From the NCBI GenBank assembly GCA_963678915.1, contig OY787458.1, positions 4,393,231-4,457,230 of the forward strand: 64,000 bases of DNA, written 5' to 3'. Under the pieces are notes generated by a model, which saw only the letters and a list, made by a program, of their open reading frames with translations, had not been told where the DNA came from and made no database searches. The DNA is from Prolixibacteraceae bacterium. GTDB taxonomy: Bacteria; Bacteroidota; Bacteroidia; Bacteroidales; Prolixibacteraceae. Positions 58,748-64,000 of the stretch are shown here, piece after piece (the first letter of the stretch is position 1; each line of letters begins with the position of its first letter). Both the position numbers and the translations under genes were made by a program.

Positions 58748-59392
58748 TCATAGAATGGCTCCTTTTTTATTAATTCTTCGTTTTATTTCTGTAGGATCAG
58801 TAAATTTCCAGAAAGCTTCAGCTTTGGGTGTGGTTTTGGCCTCCCAGCCATCTTCATCAAATCCATAGGTTTCGGTTATCAGTTTGTATTTTTGTTGCCA
58901 GGTTGTTTTTGAAAGTATAATGCAAACCGATGCATTTTTAACAGCTAATGGGAAATACTTCTTGTGTCCATCTTCATAAGCAAAGAACCAAAGTTCGCTG
59001 GTCGATAATTTTCCCGATTTCCAAAGTTCTGTAACAGCTCTGCTTATCTCTTCGTGACGAAGATGCCGGGTATATTCTCCGTCAGGACTATGTGTAATTA
59101 CCAGGTCGAAATGCGCTGAAGGCAATAATTTTACGATCAGCACTTCAAGCTCTTTTTCATTGAGAGGCGTCTGTTCTGGGCCGTCATCCAGATCGCCCAT
59201 GATTCCTTCAGCATTTAATATTTTCATTGCGTTGTAAAACTTTGGAGCGCGCTCGGTATCGCTTCCGCGACAAAGGCAAACAACACAGAACTTCCACGAT
59301 GGATTGTTTAATATTGTTCCTCCGGCCCATAAGGTTTCGTCGTCAGGATGTGCCACGATAACAGCAACGTTTTTTGTCTCGCGTTTGTCCAT
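58748..59392 (-). CDS. PIG-L/LmbE family deacetylase
   Basis: VAHPDDETLWAGG metal motif; THSPDGEYTRHLRH. Confidence 0.85.
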   Translation of the reverse strand: MDKRETKNVAVIVAHPDDETLWAGGTILNNPSWKFCVVCLCRGSDTERAPKFYNAMKILNAEGIMGDLDDGPEQTPLNEKELEVLIVKLLPSAHFDLVITHSPDGEYTRHLRHEEISRAVTELWKSGKLSTSELWFFAYEDGHKKYFPLAVKNASVCIILSKTTWQQKYKLITETYGFDEDGWEAKTTPKAEAFWKFTDPTEIKRRINKKGAIL

Positions 59393-59405
59393 TTTATTTG
59401 ACTGC

Positions 59406-59804
59406 TTACAGATGGTATTCTGATGGATTAAAAAACTCTTTTAAAAATTCATGTTGTTCGTTTTCTGTCATTTTATCAGCTGGTTTAACCACAATATTTA
59501 TTTTTTCGAAGAGGTGATTCTCTTTCAGTATGTTAGCTAATTCATTTTTTGCTTCGGTTGGCCCAAAAAGAATCACTTCTTCATAACCTAAACTGGCGTC
59601 GCTCAATTTTTTGTAATATGCAGAAAGCTGGCCTTGTTCTTTGCTAAGCAGGTGACTATCGTCCTTATAATGCAAATCTCCGGCATTCATCGGAATAACC
59701 AGTTTCGATTCGATTACCCTTGTAGCAAAGGCTCCTCCATGCAATTCGGTCAAATGTGCAACGGAATGATCCATCCATATCCCCAATATTTTTCTTGTTT
59801 TCAT
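59406..59804 (-). CDS. Host-attachment / bacterial archaeo-eukaryotic release-factor-like protein
   Basis: MKTRKILGIWMDHSVAH...EVILFGPTEAKNEL...MTENE; start moved from 59945, which overlaps the upstream gene. Confidence 0.7.
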   Translation of the reverse strand: MKTRKILGIWMDHSVAHLTELHGGAFATRVIESKLVIPMNAGDLHYKDDSHLLSKEQGQLSAYYKKLSDASLGYEEVILFGPTEAKNELANILKENHLFEKINIVVKPADKMTENEQHEFLKEFFNPSEYHL

Positions 59805-59818
59805 CTCGAGTGTATTTA

Positions 59819-61318
59819 TTATTGATTCTTGGTTGAATTTGTAAGTCCATATACTGTTCGGAAATGGTAGCCATACACGGCAAAGGTTAAAGCATCGGTT
59901 AAAAGAGTCGGGCGCCTGAAAAGCGTCCATATCAGAAGTTTCCAATATTCGCTCCGTCCTTTATTCACAATACCGATAATTATGACCGATTTGATAAACC
60001 CAATAAGGAATGGAAAATCGCGTGTTTGCCGCCCTGCATGTAGTTTTTTATAGTTGAGTAAAAATTGACGAATTCTTTTGTAATAGGGTTTTGCCGAATA
60101 GATGTTTTGTATAATCTTTTTATACCCCTGCAACAGCTCTGATGAATCCATTTTGGGAACAAAATTCATGGAAGAATCGGTGTTGTTTCCCGATGATTCG
60201 TTCGTTAAACGGTTTTCGGCTTTTAGCCGTTTGTAAAGCACTGTGTTTTTAGGCGCATTTAACAGGCCAACCATGGCCGAAACAATTCCGCTCTGCTGAA
60301 TAAAATCGATTTGCTTTTGAAAGACCGAGGGCGTATCCGTATCAAAACCTACAATAAATCCGCCGGAAACCTGTAACCCGGCATTTTGTATTTTTTTCAC
60401 GCTGTGAAGCAGGTCCCTGTTTTTGTTTTGAGCCTTATTACATTCCTGGAGTGAATCTTCATCAGGGGTTTCGATGCCCACAAATGTTGAGGTAAATCCG
60501 GTTTCTGCCATCATTGCCATCAATTCCTCATCGTCGGCCAGGTTAATCGAGGATTGAATATTGAAAGTGAACGGATATTTGTGGCTCTGCATCCATTGCC
60601 TCATGGCCGGTAGTAAGTATTTCTTGACTTCAAACTTATTCCCTATAAAATTATCGTCAACAATGAGTATAGGGCCGCGCCAGTTCAAACTATAAAGAAC
60701 TTCAAGCTCAGCGATAATCTGGCTGGTATTTTTCATGCGGACCTTATGCCCTAAAAGCGACGTTATTTCGCAAAAATCGCAGGAGAAAGGGCATCCGCGC
60801 GAAACCTGAAGATTCATCACCACATAATCTTTTGCAGAAAGCAGGTGGTAGTCGGGAACCGGCGATTTTGTTACATCAGCAAATGCATCTGTTCGATAAA
60901 CTCTTTCAGGAATTTTTTGCGTTGCCAAATCATTCAGAAACAAAGGCATTGTAATTTCAGCCTCGTTTAGTATAAAATGGTCAACTTGAGGATAGCTCTC
61001 AAAATCCTGGGTAAACAAAGGTCCGCCGGCAATAATTTTGGTCTCATATTTCAGGCACTCTTCAATAACATGATCAACCGATTCTTTTTGAATATACATG
61101 GCGCTAATAAATACATAATCAGCCCAGAGAATGTCAATTTTCTGCAAAGCTGAAACATTAAGGTCAACCAGTTTCTTTTTCCACATTTTTGGAAGCATGG
61201 CTGAAACGGTAATTAATCCAAGAGGAGGTACCGTTGCTTTTTTTGCGATGAACTGCATGGCATGCTTAAAACTCCAGAACGAATCGGGGTATTGAGGATA
61301 TACTAATAAGATATTCAT
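59819..61318 (-). CDS. B12-binding radical SAM protein (DUF4070 C-terminus)
   Basis: PPLGLITV B12 domain; SRGCPFSCDFC; DDNFIGN; FIVGFDTD. Confidence 0.9.
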   Translation of the reverse strand: MNILLVYPQYPDSFWSFKHAMQFIAKKATVPPLGLITVSAMLPKMWKKKLVDLNVSALQKIDILWADYVFISAMYIQKESVDHVIEECLKYETKIIAGGPLFTQDFESYPQVDHFILNEAEITMPLFLNDLATQKIPERVYRTDAFADVTKSPVPDYHLLSAKDYVVMNLQVSRGCPFSCDFCEITSLLGHKVRMKNTSQIIAELEVLYSLNWRGPILIVDDNFIGNKFEVKKYLLPAMRQWMQSHKYPFTFNIQSSINLADDEELMAMMAETGFTSTFVGIETPDEDSLQECNKAQNKNRDLLHSVKKIQNAGLQVSGGFIVGFDTDTPSVFQKQIDFIQQSGIVSAMVGLLNAPKNTVLYKRLKAENRLTNESSGNNTDSSMNFVPKMDSSELLQGYKKIIQNIYSAKPYYKRIRQFLLNYKKLHAGRQTRDFPFLIGFIKSVIIIGIVNKGRSEYWKLLIWTLFRRPTLLTDALTFAVYGYHFRTVYGLTNSTKNQ

Positions 61319-61461
61319 AATTAGTGTTTTTATCTATTGCATAACAGCATCCTTTGTAAATGAGAATTAATCAACTACAGAAGGAGGCTCATATTGCAAG
61401 TATTGAGAATGCTTGTAAAAAGAGAAAGTTCCCTTAGGGAATTGTGGGATAAATCATGTTG

Positions 61462-61530
61462 AAAAGATAAAAAGACACCGTCTGAAAAGTATTACACAAT
61501 TATTTGAAAAACTTATATAATTCACACATT
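61462..61530 (-). promoter_or_regulatory. Island motif copy 10 + -7-like element (upstream of the radical SAM operon)
   Basis: aatgtgtgaattatataag-N11-attgtgtaat-N21-tatctttt. Confidence 0.72.
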
Positions 61531-61553
61531 AAGGTTGTTTTCAAGGCCAGGCT

Positions 61554-63926
61554 TTAATCCAGTAAGTCGTTGAATGAGATATAGGTATAATTGTCGTATT
61601 GATTTTCAAAAATGTCTAAATTAATGGTTCGTTTCTGAACGGAGCGCACACTGCTTTTGTTTTGAAATTGCCTTTTAACAGGGATATCCAACTTGTTATA
61701 TTTTTCGATGGTCAATCGAGCCATCAGGTAACTTATGGTTGATTCGGCACCCTGATTCATGTTTACATTCCACTCTTCCAACCCATCGTAGCAGCCTCCT
61801 GTACATGGATTATAGATAATCTGATGTAATCGGTTGTTGCCCAAAAACCAGTTAAATGCACTTGTCATTTTTTGATAATATTCTTCGTCTTTAAAAATGT
61901 CGTAAAATTTGCTCAAAGCAATAATGGTGTAGGCTACATCAATGGGTTGCTCTCCGTATCGGTCGGGCCTTTGTCCCTTTTTAAACCAGCTTTTGTTTGA
62001 AATTACTTCAATGCCATTTTCATTAAACGTATGCGACAATAAAAAATTAAATGACGAAATGGCAATGTCTTTATATATTTTTTCGCCGGTTGCAAGCCAG
62101 GCATACAGCATCGCTTCGGGCAGAATACTGTTGGCGTAGGTTAGGTAATCTTCAAACCATTCCCATTTTTTGTCCGATTCATGCTTATACATCTGAACCA
62201 TACGGTTTGCAAATGATTTTATGAGGACTATATTTTCAGGAGAATTAATAGTGGTATGATAATAACAGATTCCTTTTATTGCGAAGGCCATAGCCCGTGT
62301 CGAATTCATTGCAGATAAATGAATTAGTGACTTTTCAATAATCTTGTCTGCTGTCAGAATAATTTCTGAAGGCAGCACCCCAATTAATGAGATAAGATAA
62401 CCCAATGCCCACAAAGCCCTTCCGTTAGAATCATCCAGATTAACATCCTGGTTTTGGCCTGTAAAATGGTTGTTTTTATCAACGTAATTAATAAAATTAC
62501 CTTCGGGTAGCTGACAGCGTTTAATGAATCGAAGGTATTTCTTTATGTAAGGCAAGCTCTTTTTATCGCCGGTTGATTTGTAATACATACACATAGCAAT
62601 CAATGCTCTCGCATTGTCATCCAGAGTATAGCCGGATTCAATATCCGGTTGATTGATTTTTGAAAACTGAATAATCCCGGTATCTGTGGTCATTTGCTTC
62701 AAGTGATCGAGATTAATTTCAGGCAGATTATATTTTAATTTGATTTGATCCCCGGCAATTTTAGAAAACAGGTTAGCATGATCGATAGCCGAATTCTCCC
62801 ATGCTGTTGCAATAATCTTCTGAAGCGTATAGGTGCTCATGTTATGGCGTAGGTCATCGTTGTTGAACAAATTGATAACTGCATCGGCCAATTGTTGCGA
62901 GTTGCGGAAATCGAAAATAATTCCGGTATCACCGGTAAGCACTTCTTTTGCATGCGGAATTGGCGTGGAAATAATGGGGCACGAACAGCTCATGGCGTAG
63001 GCAAAGGTGCCAGATACGGCCTGATTCGGATCGTTGGTGGTAAATAAATAAATGTCGGTAAGTTGTAAATATTCAAGCAATTCGGGTAGAGCAAGATATT
63101 TGTTGATGAACCGCACATGATTTTCCAATGAAAGCTGTCTTACCTTTTGTTCGAGCATTTCCCTGTACTTTTCGCCTTCTTGTTTTACTACTTCCGGGTG
63201 GGTTTTTCCCATCACCAGAAACACCACTTCGGGGCATTGCTTCACAATGGCAGGCAAGGCATCGATGGTTGTTTCAATGCTTTTTCCTGAACTTAGTAAA
63301 CCGAATGTGGTAAGTACCTTCCGGCCCTCCAGACCATACTTTTCTTTCAGAAATTTCGCACTTAAATGAGGTACCAAATGGGTTCCGTGAGGTATCACAG
63401 TTATTTTTTGTGGTGATAAATCATAGTCGGCCACAAGTATATTAGCCGAAGTATGAGTCATTACAACAATTGAATTGCAAGCAGATACCATTTGCCTGAC
63501 TTTTGATTTGAGTTTGTCGTCGGGATGGGGAAGAACGGTATGAAACACAATAACAACCGGCTTTGAAAGCATAAAAAGGAATTGTTCGAATTCTTGTTGC
63601 CGATTGTGATAAAAACCAAATTCGTGTTGAATCAAAACGAATTTAATGCGATCATCGGTGTTGATATCTAAAGCTAACCGTTCATACTCATCAGCAATAG
63701 ATGTCTTCAGAATATATTTTACTTCTTCAGGATAAGAGTAGCCGGTATCGCTGGATTCCAGCGCACAAACTTTGAGGGACATGGAATCGTTGAATTTATT
63801 ATTCAGCGCTTTAACCAAATCCTGAGAATAGGTTGCAATTCCGCACTCTCTGGGTGGATAGGAAGTAATGATCAGTATTTCAGGAAGGTCGTTGGAGTTA
63901 TTCCGGTTGAATATTTGTTTTGGCAT
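61554..63926 (-). CDS. GT4 glycosyltransferase fused to a C-terminal (alpha/alpha)6 glycosidase-like domain
   Basis: SYPPRECGIATYS, IQHEFG, PHGT, GLLSSGKSIE, SGTFAYA; GYTLDDNARAL, GEQPIDV, NQGAESTISYL. Confidence 0.85.
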   Translation of the reverse strand: MPKQIFNRNNSNDLPEILIITSYPPRECGIATYSQDLVKALNNKFNDSMSLKVCALESSDTGYSYPEEVKYILKTSIADEYERLALDINTDDRIKFVLIQHEFGFYHNRQQEFEQFLFMLSKPVVIVFHTVLPHPDDKLKSKVRQMVSACNSIVVMTHTSANILVADYDLSPQKITVIPHGTHLVPHLSAKFLKEKYGLEGRKVLTTFGLLSSGKSIETTIDALPAIVKQCPEVVFLVMGKTHPEVVKQEGEKYREMLEQKVRQLSLENHVRFINKYLALPELLEYLQLTDIYLFTTNDPNQAVSGTFAYAMSCSCPIISTPIPHAKEVLTGDTGIIFDFRNSQQLADAVINLFNNDDLRHNMSTYTLQKIIATAWENSAIDHANLFSKIAGDQIKLKYNLPEINLDHLKQMTTDTGIIQFSKINQPDIESGYTLDDNARALIAMCMYYKSTGDKKSLPYIKKYLRFIKRCQLPEGNFINYVDKNNHFTGQNQDVNLDDSNGRALWALGYLISLIGVLPSEIILTADKIIEKSLIHLSAMNSTRAMAFAIKGICYYHTTINSPENIVLIKSFANRMVQMYKHESDKKWEWFEDYLTYANSILPEAMLYAWLATGEKIYKDIAISSFNFLLSHTFNENGIEVISNKSWFKKGQRPDRYGEQPIDVAYTIIALSKFYDIFKDEEYYQKMTSAFNWFLGNNRLHQIIYNPCTGGCYDGLEEWNVNMNQGAESTISYLMARLTIEKYNKLDIPVKRQFQNKSSVRSVQKRTINLDIFENQYDNYTYISFNDLLD

Positions 63927-64000
63927 AGCGTTTATTTTAGAATTTTATTGATTAACGGCTTTATCTTCAATATGGGCGGCATTGTGTCTCCCAATAAAAA

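Noticed and set aside
59406-59945. Long N-terminal extensions in the ORF track (also 2661, 14525, 26904, 29475, 46682, 47406)
   Set aside because: They overlap neighbouring genes or promoters. Downstream Met codons give family-typical N-termini, so starts were trimmed.
15375-61530. The recurrent motif as a Cys-rich leader peptide (ATG TGT GAA = M-C-E...)
   Set aside because: Copies at 46.7 kb and 55.7 kb stop after 2-3 codons, copies at 27.8 kb and 34.6 kb lack the ATG, and the motif lies upstream of the -7 element. Conservation fits DNA binding, not coding.
15375-61530. The motif as a plain CRP/FNR site (TGTGA-N6-TCACA)
   Set aside because: TGTGA is present, but the second half reads (T/C)AA(C/T)N rather than TCACA, and the conserved feature is a 21-bp direct repeat. 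Not preferred, though not strictly excluded.

Overview
Bacteroidetes DNA, probably Prolixibacteraceae/Marinilabiliales-like, judged from TAnnTTTG promoters, a T9SS C-terminal domain and gene content. Bases 1-4.7 kb are housekeeping genes: partial aminopeptidase P, NUDIX, esterase, LysE, thioesterase and SDR. A tRNA-Lys(UUU) follows, then an accessory region that starts with a tyrosine integrase and a type I R-M hsdM-[higB-higA]-hsdS block with no hsdR. An IS3-family element without a target duplication then joins a truncated basic ORF to a decayed arsE/F/G-like cluster. From about 14 kb to the window end is a stress/envelope island. It carries a 10.4-kb T9SS protein with 30 near-identical 252-bp repeats, an Mla-type ABC system, L,D-transpeptidases, TamAB, Usp, CsbD, a chemoreceptor-less CheB/CheR-PAS-kinase module flanked by two AraC paralogs, and a GT4/PIG-L/radical-SAM/GH100-like cluster. 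The strongest unexplained signal is a 40-bp bipartite motif (AATGTGTGAATYATRYAAY-N11-RTTRTRTAAY) found 11 times. Its boxes repeat at exactly 21 bp, and each copy lies 20-21 nt upstream of a -7-like element. This looks like an island-wide activator regulon, plausibly run by the local AraC proteins. Other oddities are a perfect 42-bp palindrome at a divergent promoter and a ~281-bp REP-like palindrome sitting in frame in the 5' end of tamA.
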